Shown: one piece after another, positions 1-9,793 of the stretch
Position numbering within the stretch: position 1 is the stretch's first letter
Layout of the letters: each line of letters opens with the position of its first letter
Assembly (NCBI GenBank): GCA_048938005.1
Contig: JBHLMQ010000049.1
Coordinates: 1-23,171, forward strand
Direction of reading: 5' to 3'
Origin: Promethearchaeota archaeon
Lineage (GTDB): Archaea; Asgardarchaeota; Lokiarchaeia; Sigyniarchaeales; SOKP01
Length of the DNA stretch: 23,171 bases
Position numbers and translations under genes: made by a program
The notes under the pieces: generated by a model
What the model was told of the DNA's origin: nothing
The model's input: the letters and a program-made list of their open reading frames with translations, nothing else
Databases searched by the model: none

Positions 1-1452
1 GAAGATATTTGTTATATGTCTGCTTGTGAAATGAGGGACAAAATCAAAACACAAGAACTCACTTCACAAGAGATAACTGAAATTATAATTGAAAGAATCG
101 AAAAAATAAATCCAATAATCAATGCTTATTGTACCACTACATTCGATTTAGCAAGAGAAATGGCAAAAAAAGCTGACATCACTATTAAAAAGGGTGATAA
201 ATTAGGATTTTTACATGGTATACCGACTTCTATCAAAGATAATGTTGATGTTAAAGGAATTAGAACTACATTTGGCTGTAAAGCATTTGAAAATTATATC
301 GCACTAGAAGATGATATCGCTGTCAAAAGATTGAAGGAAGCAGGTGTAGTTATTTTAGGGAAAACAAACATGCCTGCTTTTGGTTATAAAGGTGTGACTG
401 ATAATTTAATCTTTGGCGCAACGAAAAATCCTTGGAATTTAGAAAAGACAGCAGGAGGATCTACTGGGGGTGGAGCAGCAGCTACAGCTTCTGGATTAAG
501 TCCTTTAACTCAAGGTTCAGATGGAGGAGGTTCTATCCGAATTCCAAGTAGTTTTTGCGGATTATTTGGTATCAAACCAACTTTTGGACGTATCCCACAA
601 ACATCAATGAGAATAGAAGGTAACATGGGTACCTTCGTTCAAAAGGGACCTTTAGTTAGATATGTAAAAGATGCTGCACTAATGTTAGATACTCTAGTTG
701 GAGCTGATGATATAGATAGATATTCCTTACCAAAACCAACTTATAGCTTCTACGATGCATTAGAAGAAAGACCTAAAAAGCTGAAAATAGGATATGTAAT
801 AGATTTAGGAAATCTAGAAGTTATCCATTCTGAAGTCGAGAAATCAGTACTAAATGCTGTTAAAAAATTTGAAGAATTCAATTGGTCCGTTGAAAAAAGC
901 AAGATCAATTTATTATCCTCCGGAAAAACACTTCGAGGTAAATTAATTGTGGAAAACTATAGTTCGACTTGGTATACTATATGGTCATATGGAATTGGAT
1001 ATTTTATGAAACCGATAGTTGAGCAATATGGAGATATTTTAGACCAAGGATTAGTTCAACTGGCTCAAGATGGTTTTCAACTTACTGCTGAAGATATTTA
1101 TTTGGCAGAAATACAAAGAGAAGCTATTTATGATAGTGTATGCAACCACTTTAAAGAATTTGATATTTTAATTACTCCTACTATGGCATGTCCTGCTTTT
1201 GAATTAGGTGTATCTTCTCCTCCTAAAATTGAAGGCAAAGAAGTTACCAGGGGAGCCTATTCACCCTATACTCATCCCTTTAATATGAGTGGCCATCCGG
1301 CAGCTTCAATCCCTTGTGGTTGGTCTAGTGAAGGATTGCCAATAGGGATGCAAATAATTGGGAAAAGATTTGATGAGGTTACTGTTCTACAGGTTTCGAA
1401 AGCATTCGAGGAAATTGCTCCATGGCAAAATAAAAAACCAATATTTAACTAA
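1..1452 (+). CDS. Amidase-signature family amidase (GatA/FAAH-like), paralogue 1, probably 5'-truncated by the window
   Basis: Lys in SIKDN, GGSTGG, nucleophile motif GSDGGGSIRIP, C-terminal GLPIGMQIIG. The frame is open from base 1 (EDICYMSACEM), matching MNKEDICFMSACEM of the next gene, so the true start probably lies just before the window. Confidence 0.93.
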   Translation, partial: EDICYMSACEMRDKIKTQELTSQEITEIIIERIEKINPIINAYCTTTFDLAREMAKKADITIKKGDKLGFLHGIPTSIKDNVDVKGIRTTFGCKAFENYIALEDDIAVKRLKEAGVVILGKTNMPAFGYKGVTDNLIFGATKNPWNLEKTAGGSTGGGAAATASGLSPLTQGSDGGGSIRIPSSFCGLFGIKPTFGRIPQTSMRIEGNMGTFVQKGPLVRYVKDAALMLDTLVGADDIDRYSLPKPTYSFYDALEERPKKLKIGYVIDLGNLEVIHSEVEKSVLNAVKKFEEFNWSVEKSKINLLSSGKTLRGKLIVENYSSTWYTIWSYGIGYFMKPIVEQYGDILDQGLVQLAQDGFQLTAEDIYLAEIQREAIYDSVCNHFKEFDILITPTMACPAFELGVSSPPKIEGKEVTRGAYSPYTHPFNMSGHPAASIPCGWSSEGLPIGMQIIGKRFDEVTVLQVSKAFEEIAPWQNKKPIFN

Positions 1453-1550
1453 TTTTATCTAATTTTTCACTTTAAAATCAATAAGCAATCATTTAAAATT
1501 TTCTCAATCACAATCTATATTAATAAAATAATTAGTGATTTATGATAAAA

Positions 1551-2972
1551 ATGAACAAAGAAGATATTTGTTTTATGTCAGCTTGCGAAATGAGGGATAA
1601 AATTAAGACTCAAGAATTTACTTCGCAGGAAATAACTGAAATGATTATCGAAAGAATTGAAAGAATAAATCCGATAATTAATGCCTATTGTACTCCCACA
1701 TTTGATTGGTCAAGAGAAATAGCAAAAAAAGCGGATGATATTATAAAAAAAGGGGATTATTTAGGTCTACTACATGGATTACCAATATCAATTAAAGATG
1801 AGATGCCCATTAAGGGGATAAGAACAACCTTTGGGTCAAAAATATATGAAAATTATATACCTAATGAAGATGATGTATGCGTAGAAAGACTTAAAAATGC
1901 AGGTTGTGTGATTCTTGGAAAAACAAATATGTCTGAGTTTGGCTATTGGCCTGATGCACATAATCTAGTTTTTGGGAGAACGAAAAATCCATGGAATTTA
2001 GATAGAATCCCTGGAGGCTCGAGTGGAGGTGCTGCAGCAGCGATAGCTACTGGTTTGGGTTATTTAGCCTTAGGAGCGGATGGCGGCACATCAATAAGAA
2101 CACCTAGTTCTTATTGTGGTGTTTATGGAATTAAACCTAGTTTTGGTAGAGTTCCTGTACATCCTACCCCCGGTTTATTAAGTGAAATTATGGTTGATCA
2201 ATATGGTCCAATTGTTAGATACGTGAAAGATGCTGCCTTAATGTTGGACGTAATAAAAGGACCTCATAATGCAGATAGATATTCCTTACCAGATCAAAAT
2301 ATTAATTATCATGAAGAAATTGAAGAGAAACCTAACAAATTAAAGATTGGGTATTCCTTAGATTTAGGATTTATAAAAGTTATAGATCCCGATGTTGAAA
2401 ACGTTTTTCTTGACAATGCCCAAAAATTTGAACAATTTGGATGGACTGTAGAAAAAGCAAAGATTAAATTAAGAAAGCCCTCCTATGTTTTGAATATTTA
2501 CTTTGCCTCATATTGGGCATATGATTTGAAAACAAAATTAAAAGAATGGCGAGATAAATTGGATCCTGAATTCTTAAAAGGATTGGAAGCAGGATATACT
2601 TTTTCTGGACAAGATATAATGCAAGCTATGGATTTAAGGAAAAAATTGTATGAGTCGTGTTATCAACATTTTAAAAATTATGATATTTTACTTACTCCTA
2701 CAAATGCAATTCCGGCATTTAAATCAGGTAAATTATATCCAGAAAAAATAAATGAAAAAACTATCCCATTTACATTATGGTTTGCTCATGGTTATCCTTT
2801 CAATTTCACAGGACATCCAGCAGCATCTATACCATGTGGTTGGTCAAGTGAAGAATTACCAATTGGAATGCAGATTGTTGGTAATAGATTTGATGATTTA
2901 AAGGTCTTACAAGTTTCAAAAGCTTTTGAAGAAATTGCCCCTTGGCAAGATAAGAGACCAAAATTCGATTAA
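1551..2972 (+). CDS. Amidase-signature family amidase, tandem paralogue 2
   Basis: SIKDE, PGGSSGG, GADGGTSIRTP, ELPIGMQIVG; colinear with paralogue 1. Start is ATG 1551 (MNKEDIC) or 1542. Confidence 0.93.
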   Translation: MNKEDICFMSACEMRDKIKTQEFTSQEITEMIIERIERINPIINAYCTPTFDWSREIAKKADDIIKKGDYLGLLHGLPISIKDEMPIKGIRTTFGSKIYENYIPNEDDVCVERLKNAGCVILGKTNMSEFGYWPDAHNLVFGRTKNPWNLDRIPGGSSGGAAAAIATGLGYLALGADGGTSIRTPSSYCGVYGIKPSFGRVPVHPTPGLLSEIMVDQYGPIVRYVKDAALMLDVIKGPHNADRYSLPDQNINYHEEIEEKPNKLKIGYSLDLGFIKVIDPDVENVFLDNAQKFEQFGWTVEKAKIKLRKPSYVLNIYFASYWAYDLKTKLKEWRDKLDPEFLKGLEAGYTFSGQDIMQAMDLRKKLYESCYQHFKNYDILLTPTNAIPAFKSGKLYPEKINEKTIPFTLWFAHGYPFNFTGHPAASIPCGWSSEELPIGMQIVGNRFDDLKVLQVSKAFEEIAPWQDKRPKFD

Positions 2973-2988
2973 CTTATAATTACGCAAA

Positions 2989-3004
2989 TTTTTTTTTTAA
3001 AAAA
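2989..3004. terminator. Putative bidirectional archaeal oligo-T terminator
   Basis: T10 (2989-2998) directly followed by A6 (2999-3004) between two convergent stop codons. Confidence 0.5.
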
Positions 3005-4093
3005 CTAAAAAGATTTCATATTAGAAGTAGTTATATAAGAGGAATCTCCTATTGTAATGCTTTTCTTAATTAAATCCTCTAATATTGAATAATCTCCTAC
3101 AATACTCTCTGAAGAAATTATCTTTTTTAGATTTGCTCCATCACCAATAACAGATTCAGATAATATGCATTTCTCCAAAACTACATTATTTCCAATAGAT
3201 ACATTTGGTCCAATAACAGAATCAGAGATCTTACTATTCTCTCCTATGAAAACAGGAGGAACGATTTTTGAATCGATTATATTACCAGATTTAAATAATT
3301 TTTCATAAACAGGATCTTGTATTCTGGTTTCTGCTAATAATAGACGATTTCCCGCTATTAAGCTTTCAGGCCGACCAAAATCTAATATATCTTTTTTCAT
3401 TTCATTAATTTTTAGTTTAAAACCCTCTTCAATTAATTCTTGTATGACTGGTGTTATATGATGCTCTTGCCCATTTTCTAATGGATTTTTACTTTGTTCT
3501 TCTAATAATTCAAATAATCGTGGTGTCATGTTCATTCCAAAGAGATATGCTCCTGATACTGCATATCTGGATTTTGGTTTTTCAGGCTTTTCAACAATAT
3601 TTTTAATGATACCATTTTCATCCAATTCAATTACTCCATAAAATTGCGGATTTTCTACTTGTTTAACATTAATTACACCATCACAAATATCCTGATGAAA
3701 ATTCAATAAGATTTGTGAATAGTCTTCTAAAGGATATCTATCACTCAAAAATATGAAACAATCATCATTTTCGACAAGATTTTTAGCTAGTAAAATCGCA
3801 TCTCCAAGACCACTAAAGTATGGATCATCTGCTTCATATCCCAATGGTTTTTGCTCTAAAAAATGGAGATTAAAATAATCTGAATGATTTACTTTAAGAT
3901 ATTCTGTTATCTGTCTTTTTTTATAGCCGACAATAAAACATATATTAGTTCCTTCTGGAAAAGAATTCTTTAATTTGATTAAAATATGATCAATTAATCG
4001 TTTTCCAGCAATCTTTAGAAACGCCTTAGGCTTAGAATAGGTAAAAGGTTGCAATCGTTTGCCTACGCCGGCGATTGGGCAAATAAGCCACAT
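3005..4093 (-). CDS. Sugar-1-phosphate nucleotidyltransferase, long form with C-terminal left-handed beta-helix (glucose-1-P thymidylyltransferase / GDP-mannose pyrophosphorylase-like)
   Basis: N-terminal AGVGKRLQPFTYSKPK, GLGDAI, YGV...IVEKP, DFGRPESL, hexapeptide repeats (VFIGENSKISDSVIGPNVSIG). Confidence 0.9.
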   Translation of the reverse strand: MWLICPIAGVGKRLQPFTYSKPKAFLKIAGKRLIDHILIKLKNSFPEGTNICFIVGYKKRQITEYLKVNHSDYFNLHFLEQKPLGYEADDPYFSGLGDAILLAKNLVENDDCFIFLSDRYPLEDYSQILLNFHQDICDGVINVKQVENPQFYGVIELDENGIIKNIVEKPEKPKSRYAVSGAYLFGMNMTPRLFELLEEQSKNPLENGQEHHITPVIQELIEEGFKLKINEMKKDILDFGRPESLIAGNRLLLAETRIQDPVYEKLFKSGNIIDSKIVPPVFIGENSKISDSVIGPNVSIGNNVVLEKCILSESVIGDGANLKKIISSESIVGDYSILEDLIKKSITIGDSSYITTSNMKSF

Positions 4094-4114
4094 TTATGAA
4101 ACTCTTTAAGAAGT

Positions 4115-4128
4115 TATTTAACTTTTTT
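4115..4128 (-). promoter_or_regulatory. Putative BRE + TATA box for a leaderless or short-leader nucleotidyltransferase transcript
   Basis: The minus strand reads AAAAAAG-TTAAATA, with the TATA-like element 22-28 nt upstream of the ATG at 4093. The AT-rich background lowers specificity. Confidence 0.4.
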
Positions 4129-4209
4129 AATATTAAAAAATATAAAAATAGATAGAATAAAAAATATATTGATCTTTTCGAAAGAATTAAAGATATTTAT
4201 TATTAAATT

Positions 4210-4752
4210 TTATATCTTTAGTAATTTATCTAAAATCTCATAGTACTTTGCCTCATATAATTTCTCTTTGATAGTATTTCTTAGTTTTCTTAAATAGTAA
4301 TTATCTGAATTAGTACGTTTGGTACCGTAAATTTTTTTGTTTATAGCTATTCTAGTTTTTTCATCTAAAAATTTAGGTGAAATATTTTTGTAATTTTCTA
4401 TTAATTTCTTCTTTTCATCCTTGTCAATAGAGTTTTTTTCTTTATCAGCTTCATCTTTAATTGTTGAGTATAAATTACTTATCCATGTCTCAATCCTATC
4501 TAAATCTCCCTTTAAATATGTTCTTTGATTTAGCCAGTTTTTAAATTCAATTATTTGAGTTAAAAACTCATCATTTCTAGATAGTTCACTTGATTTCTGG
4601 CGTTCTTCTTGAATCATATTTCTTATTTTCTTTTTCTTTAAATCTTTAACCTCATCCTCAGAAAGACGCTTAAAGGCTTTCTCCCTTCTAACTTTTTCTT
4701 CTTTCGAATCCTTGTCAGAGAGCCATTTATCGATTGACATACGATTTCTCAT
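4210..4752 (-). CDS. Hypothetical charged, predicted alpha-helical protein
   Basis: 180-codon ORF filling the intergenic space, K/E/D rich, no motif recognised; start may be the second Met (MSIDKWL). Confidence 0.75.
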   Translation of the reverse strand: MRNRMSIDKWLSDKDSKEEKVRREKAFKRLSEDEVKDLKKKKIRNMIQEERQKSSELSRNDEFLTQIIEFKNWLNQRTYLKGDLDRIETWISNLYSTIKDEADKEKNSIDKDEKKKLIENYKNISPKFLDEKTRIAINKKIYGTKRTNSDNYYLRKLRNTIKEKLYEAKYYEILDKLLKI

Positions 4753-4879
4753 TACTATTAAATATTTATATTAATAATTTGTTTTTTATTAATTATTTAA
4801 CAGAAACGAAAGATCTTATACTTACATTTTATGTTAGATAAATTAAAATTGAGAACCAATTTTTATAATTATTAATACG

Positions 4880-5650
4880 ATGATGATTAAAGGAATAATA
4901 TTTGATTTTGGTTTTACCTTATTTTATTTTAATAATCCTTCCGTTGAGAGATACTTGGAATGTTTTAAAAGAGGATTATTACAATCTATTGATATATTGA
5001 AAGAAGAAAAAGTTTGGAATGAGAATATAACAATTGACACCTTTCTTAAGAAGTTTAGTAAAATAAGAGAACATTTCTTTAGAAAAAGTATTAAAACAAA
5101 AACAGAGTTCCCAACATCTATTGTATTTCAAAACGTCTTGGAATCACTTAAGGAAGAGGAGATAATCAGCAACTTAGATAACTTAACAGAAGATACATAT
5201 AAGAAATTAGCTGAAATTTATCATTGTGTTGAAGAAGATGAATGGCATCCTTTTGAAGAAACTAAAGAAACATTAGAGAAATTAGCTATGAAAAACTTAA
5301 AAATTGCATTAATCTCTAATCACCCTAATCATAAAACCATAAAGAATATGTTGAAAAAGCATGATTTATTTAATCTTTTTAACGTAGTTGTTACATCTGC
5401 TAAATTTGGAAAGAGAAAACCTGATCCTAACATTTTCTATTACACTCTCGAAAAAATGGGTTTAAAAAATCAACCTAATTCTGTAATTATGTGTGGAGAT
5501 GAATATGCTGATATTATTGGGGCTCAGAGAGCTAACATACAATCAATTTTGCTTGAAAGAAAATACAAATTTCCTTTTGAAAAAGAGATAGATATTTCAG
5601 ATTTAAAGACAATCAGTAACATTTCTGAAATTTTAAACTTTATTGAATGA
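4880..5650 (+). CDS. HAD-superfamily hydrolase, subfamily IA
   Basis: Motif I IFDFGFTL, motif II LISN, motif III KRKPDPNIF, motif IV GDEYADIIGA. Confidence 0.9.
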   Translation: MMIKGIIFDFGFTLFYFNNPSVERYLECFKRGLLQSIDILKEEKVWNENITIDTFLKKFSKIREHFFRKSIKTKTEFPTSIVFQNVLESLKEEEIISNLDNLTEDTYKKLAEIYHCVEEDEWHPFEETKETLEKLAMKNLKIALISNHPNHKTIKNMLKKHDLFNLFNVVVTSAKFGKRKPDPNIFYYTLEKMGLKNQPNSVIMCGDEYADIIGAQRANIQSILLERKYKFPFEKEIDISDLKTISNISEILNFIE

Positions 5651-5687
5651 ATTTGGTTAAAAAACGGGGAAGCAATTAAATAATTAT

Positions 5688-5792
5688 TGGCCCGGGGGGG
5701 ATTTGAACCCTCGATCTCCATTATGAAGCATAAAAAACTTCACAAATCTGGCTCCGCAAGCCAGCGCCCTATCCATACTAGACTACCGGGCC
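5688..5792 (-). tRNA. tRNA-Arg(GCG) with a 30-nt insert (probable intron) in the variable region, no encoded CCA
   Basis: Minus strand: acceptor GGCCCGG/CCGGGCC+A; D-arm GTCT-AGTATGGATA-GGGC with A20, the Arg identity element; anticodon arm CTGGC-TTGCGGA-GCCAG (GCG at 5757-5755); T-arm GAGGG-TTCAAAT-CCCCC; 30 extra nt between anticodon stem and T-arm. Confidence 0.92.
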
Positions 5793-5872
5793 TTCATAAT
5801 TTTCTTCATGTAATTCTTAAAAATAAATAATTCTCTATAATAATTATCTAATAGTTCTTTATAGTTAAAACT

Positions 5873-6538
5873 ATGTTTAATAATTATTGTGTTATTTTCG
5901 ATATGGATGGTGTTTTAGCAGATACGGGCTCTATTCATTTTGAAAGCTGGGTAAAAATGGCAAAAGAAATTGGTTTAGAGTTTACAAGAGATATGTTTGA
6001 AGAAACTTTTGGTCAACAATCACCCACAATTACTCGCAAATTAGTAGGACCTGAAGTAGATAATAATCTTGTTAAAAAATGGGCGAATCTTAAAGAGCAA
6101 TATTATCGGGAAATGCTAAAGAATAAATTGATACCCTTGCCTGGTGTTATAAGAATTATTAAAGAATTAAAATCAAAGGGCTTTAAATTGGGTGTAGGTT
6201 CAAGTGGTCCTCCTGAAAATGTTGTTTTATTGTTAACAAAGTTAAAAATTAAAGCTTATTTTGATGTTATTATTACAGCAGCGGAAGTTAAGAAGGGGAA
6301 ACCAGAACCCGATGTATTCTTAATGGTTGCTAATTATTTAAAAATTAATCCTAAAAATTGTTTAGTAATTGAAGACGCACCCGTTGGCATCGAAGCAGCA
6401 AAGAGAGCAGGGATGCGATCTGTTGCTCTAACGACAACCCATAATAAAGAAGAGCTTATTGATGCCAACTTGATAGTAAGTGATTTATCTGATATAAGTA
6501 TAAATGATATAATGAAGTTGTTACACAACGAATATTAG
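5873..6538 (+). CDS. HAD family phosphatase, beta-phosphoglucomutase/CbbY-like
   Basis: FDMDGVLAD, VGSS, KGKPEPDVF, VIEDAPVGIEAAKRAGM. Confidence 0.92.
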   Translation: MFNNYCVIFDMDGVLADTGSIHFESWVKMAKEIGLEFTRDMFEETFGQQSPTITRKLVGPEVDNNLVKKWANLKEQYYREMLKNKLIPLPGVIRIIKELKSKGFKLGVGSSGPPENVVLLLTKLKIKAYFDVIITAAEVKKGKPEPDVFLMVANYLKINPKNCLVIEDAPVGIEAAKRAGMRSVALTTTHNKEELIDANLIVSDLSDISINDIMKLLHNEY

Positions 6539-6545
6539 TAAAGAT

Positions 6546-8726
6546 TTAATATTCGACCCATATAGGACCAGCATAAGACATTCTTCCATTTTCTCCTACA
6601 ACCCGAATCAAATAATAATCAAATCCTCCTGTATTTAAATCGCTTGGATCAATAGGATTATCACTATATTGATTTATATAATAATTATTACCCCATTTAA
6701 TACAACTATTTTCATAAGATATTCCAGTAATAGGTTCGGTATCGATTATTGAGATGTTAACAATTGGTGCAGATATCTTTTCAGTATGCCATAAATTTCC
6801 ATTTTTTATAATTTCGATGTCTGCGTTCCAATTTGGAACCCAATTGAGTGTTACTGATGCAGCTTTAGATTTTAATGCAACTGGGGATCCATCTTGAGCT
6901 AGAAAGAGATTAATTTCTCTATGTTCAGTTTGACTACCGGCTATGAATGTTGAGCCATCTCCGACGTTAGTACCATTAATTTGGAAAGTAAGGATAGGGC
7001 GCCCATGGTCCGAATTTGCATATATTCTTTGATTTTCTAATCCAGTGAAAACTCCTTCTCTTGTAAGATTATGTACATAAACGGCAGTTAAACCTCCAGG
7101 ATAAGGATGTTCATTCCGGGTATGCCATAGGGTATAAGGGCGTTGATGTCCTATATATGCCCTGGTATGGCTTAAACTATGTCCAGGATGCCCATCATGC
7201 TCGTCGCTGGCAATATACATAGTCATCCTATAGCCCATGTTAAAAGCATCAACTATAGAAGATCCATTTGTATATATTGGAGGCTCATCAATAGCACCTA
7301 TATAATTTAGAGGATGCCGTTGTTCAAATAAGAATTCTCCATGAACAGAAGATACTTCTGCTAGTTTAACATACTTTGGGTTATTATAAGTCCAATCTTG
7401 AATATAAGACTTCTTTGTTGTATGATGCGGAAGTGCAAGTGCTCGAACTCCATATTTTGATGTGAAATCATCTAGAACATTCCATAAAGCTTGAGGTGAA
7501 GTAACTCTAAAGTATGAATCAATTATAGGGGATTTTAATAATTTATTTCCACTGAAAATGCAAACGTAATGACCTGTTCGAACACAAGTCCATTCGATAC
7601 CATGGATTGTAACAAATTTGTTTGGTTCATAAGCAATATTTGTTGAAGATTCAAGATGGTCAAGTGACCATGGAGCAAACATCATAATTTCTGCATGATC
7701 AGTAAGAGCATAAAAATCAAGGCAAGCAATATATCGAGCAAAATAGAATGAATGTTCTGGCGTTCCCGACCCATCAGATAGTTCAGAGTGAGTATGAATA
7801 TCTCCCCAAACTATAAATGGATCTGAGAAAGTGAAATTTTTTGCTATTATGGGATTGCTATAATATACGTTTCTAGTTATACTATCATTTACTAAAATAT
7901 AATGAAGGCCTGGTGTACTAATACTAGCCTGAAACACATGTCTTCCATTATCTTTTCCATCTCTAATCTCGTAAGCAATATCAGAACCAAAAAATTGTCC
8001 CGTAAATGTATAGGGCTCAGGTAAATTTGCTTGAGGATTTAAAATCACATCATAATTCGTAGAATTATACGATTTTATAGAGAATTCAACTTTTCCTTTA
8101 TATATAGCGCTTAAACGTTCAAATGGATCCCATGCTTCAACAGTTATTTCAAAAGTTTCATTAATTTGAACCATAGTAGGGGTATTCACCCATAAGAGTT
8201 TAGGTCTATTATCAAACATTACTCCCAAATCAATGCTAACAGATGTCCATAAACTAATAGGGATGATTATAATTACTAGTTCTATTGCTTTATGCTTTCT
8301 ATTTGACAATTTCTTATAATTCTGACTCCATCGAATAATTTTTTTAATATTAATATTTTTTCTTTTAAAAATCTCAAAAATAAGTACCAAAATTGAATAG
8401 GAGATAATGAAGATTACCGAATACCAAATTACTAAAGTAAGAGGAGGAATTCCTTTATAAAAATGAACAAGAATAGTAATAAAACTAATTGCATAAGTTA
8501 ATATAATTCCATTTCGTTTCCATGCTTTATCTTTTATGAAGATATAATAAAGGATTCCTATAATTAAACCAATTACACACCAAAAATACCAGAAGAGCGT
8601 AACAATACCAAATCCATAAACAATAAGTCGTGGACTCCGCCTCAAGCGAGACCATTTTTTTTCTGTTATTAATATTTTATTGCTATCTGGTTTTTTTATT
8701 TTTATCATAAATTGAATAATCTGCAA
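6546..8726 (-). CDS. Membrane-anchored PHP-fold metallohydrolase (DUF3604 / CehA-McbA-like)
   Basis: Several N-terminal hydrophobic helices and a beta-rich segment, then WGDIHTHSELSDG, TDHAE, GIEWT, GH, PHH and SDEHDGHPG metal-ligand motifs. Start may be MIKIKK at 8708. Confidence 0.8.
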   Translation of the reverse strand: MQIIQFMIKIKKPDSNKILITEKKWSRLRRSPRLIVYGFGIVTLFWYFWCVIGLIIGILYYIFIKDKAWKRNGIILTYAISFITILVHFYKGIPPLTLVIWYSVIFIISYSILVLIFEIFKRKNINIKKIIRWSQNYKKLSNRKHKAIELVIIIIPISLWTSVSIDLGVMFDNRPKLLWVNTPTMVQINETFEITVEAWDPFERLSAIYKGKVEFSIKSYNSTNYDVILNPQANLPEPYTFTGQFFGSDIAYEIRDGKDNGRHVFQASISTPGLHYILVNDSITRNVYYSNPIIAKNFTFSDPFIVWGDIHTHSELSDGSGTPEHSFYFARYIACLDFYALTDHAEIMMFAPWSLDHLESSTNIAYEPNKFVTIHGIEWTCVRTGHYVCIFSGNKLLKSPIIDSYFRVTSPQALWNVLDDFTSKYGVRALALPHHTTKKSYIQDWTYNNPKYVKLAEVSSVHGEFLFEQRHPLNYIGAIDEPPIYTNGSSIVDAFNMGYRMTMYIASDEHDGHPGHSLSHTRAYIGHQRPYTLWHTRNEHPYPGGLTAVYVHNLTREGVFTGLENQRIYANSDHGRPILTFQINGTNVGDGSTFIAGSQTEHREINLFLAQDGSPVALKSKAASVTLNWVPNWNADIEIIKNGNLWHTEKISAPIVNISIIDTEPITGISYENSCIKWGNNYYINQYSDNPIDPSDLNTGGFDYYLIRVVGENGRMSYAGPIWVEY

Positions 8727-8803
8727 ATTTATAATCTTTAATAATATATCGAATTAAAACTAATTAAAATATTAAAAATTACAAAATTTCAATGTGATAA
8801 ATT

Positions 8804-9769
8804 GTGATAAAAACAAAAGTAACTGAGATGTTGGGTATAAAATACCCTCTTTTTTGCGGAAATATGATGAATATCAGTTTTCCTTCTTTTGCTGCCGCTT
8901 GTTCAAATGCGGGAGCACTTGGAATTATGGCTTCTGTGATGTACAGAAAACCAGAAGATTTACGAGAAGCACTTATAGAGCTTAAATCTCTAACAGATAA
9001 ACCAATTGCAGTTAATGTAAATTTATTTCCGATGTTAAAGCCAATTAAACAGATTGACCACGTAAAAGTAATGTTAGATGAAGGAATTAAGATTATCGAG
9101 ACTTCTGGCCATCAAGCGCCTGATAAATATATTCCTCTGTTTAAAGATCATCAGGTCCTTTGGATACACAAATGTGCAGGTGTGAGATATGCATTGAAAG
9201 CGGCTTCATTAGGAGCTGATATTGTGGAGGTAGTTGGATGGGAGAATGGCGGTGCTACAGGACGTTATGATATTGGAACACTCGTATTAACACCTGCCAC
9301 TGTTGATGCCCTAGATATTCCAGTTGTTGCTGGAGGGGGAATATCAGATGGAAGAGGTGTGGCCGCTGTTTTAGCGTTAGGAGCAGAAGCAGCATTAATA
9401 GGTACACGTCTTCTAACTACACAAGAATGTCCTATTCATGACAATTTAAAGCAAGCCCTTGTAAATGCTTCAATCTATGATACGACAATTATTATGCGAT
9501 CACTTAATGCCACTCATCGAGTATGGGACAATCAAGCAGCAAAAAAAGTTCTCGAGCTAGAATCTTCAAAAAGTGACCAAATGGAGATATTTAATGCCGC
9601 TGCTGGAGCAAAATCAAAGCTTATGTATGATGAGGGTGATTTAACTGCAGGTGTAATTTCTGTTGGTCAAGGTGTAGGACTCGTTCACGACATGCCAACA
9701 GTTAAAGAATTAATTGATCGAATTATGAAGGAAACCAATGAGATCATTCAAAACCTTTATAATTCATAA
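8804..9769 (+). CDS. Nitronate monooxygenase / FabK-like FMN-dependent oxidoreductase
   Basis: LGIKYP, ACSNAGALG, GWENGGA, PVVAGGGISDGRG, GTRLL..EC, GQGVGL; GTG start. Confidence 0.9.
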   Translation: MIKTKVTEMLGIKYPLFCGNMMNISFPSFAAACSNAGALGIMASVMYRKPEDLREALIELKSLTDKPIAVNVNLFPMLKPIKQIDHVKVMLDEGIKIIETSGHQAPDKYIPLFKDHQVLWIHKCAGVRYALKAASLGADIVEVVGWENGGATGRYDIGTLVLTPATVDALDIPVVAGGGISDGRGVAAVLALGAEAALIGTRLLTTQECPIHDNLKQALVNASIYDTTIIMRSLNATHRVWDNQAAKKVLELESSKSDQMEIFNAAAGAKSKLMYDEGDLTAGVISVGQGVGLVHDMPTVKELIDRIMKETNEIIQNLYNS

Positions 9770-9793
9770 AATTTCTTTTTTAAGGATTTAAGA

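Noticed and set aside
1-2972. Calling the amidases gatA
   Set aside because: No gatB or gatC is visible nearby, there are two tandem divergent copies, and both have DGG-type signatures rather than the GatA-typical SDTGGSIR.
5524-5721. 65-aa minus-strand ORF
   Set aside because: It overlaps the tRNA-Arg 3' half and the antisense of the HAD gene; shadow ORF.
6334-6528. 64-aa minus-strand ORF
   Set aside because: Entirely antisense to a well-supported HAD phosphatase; no motif.
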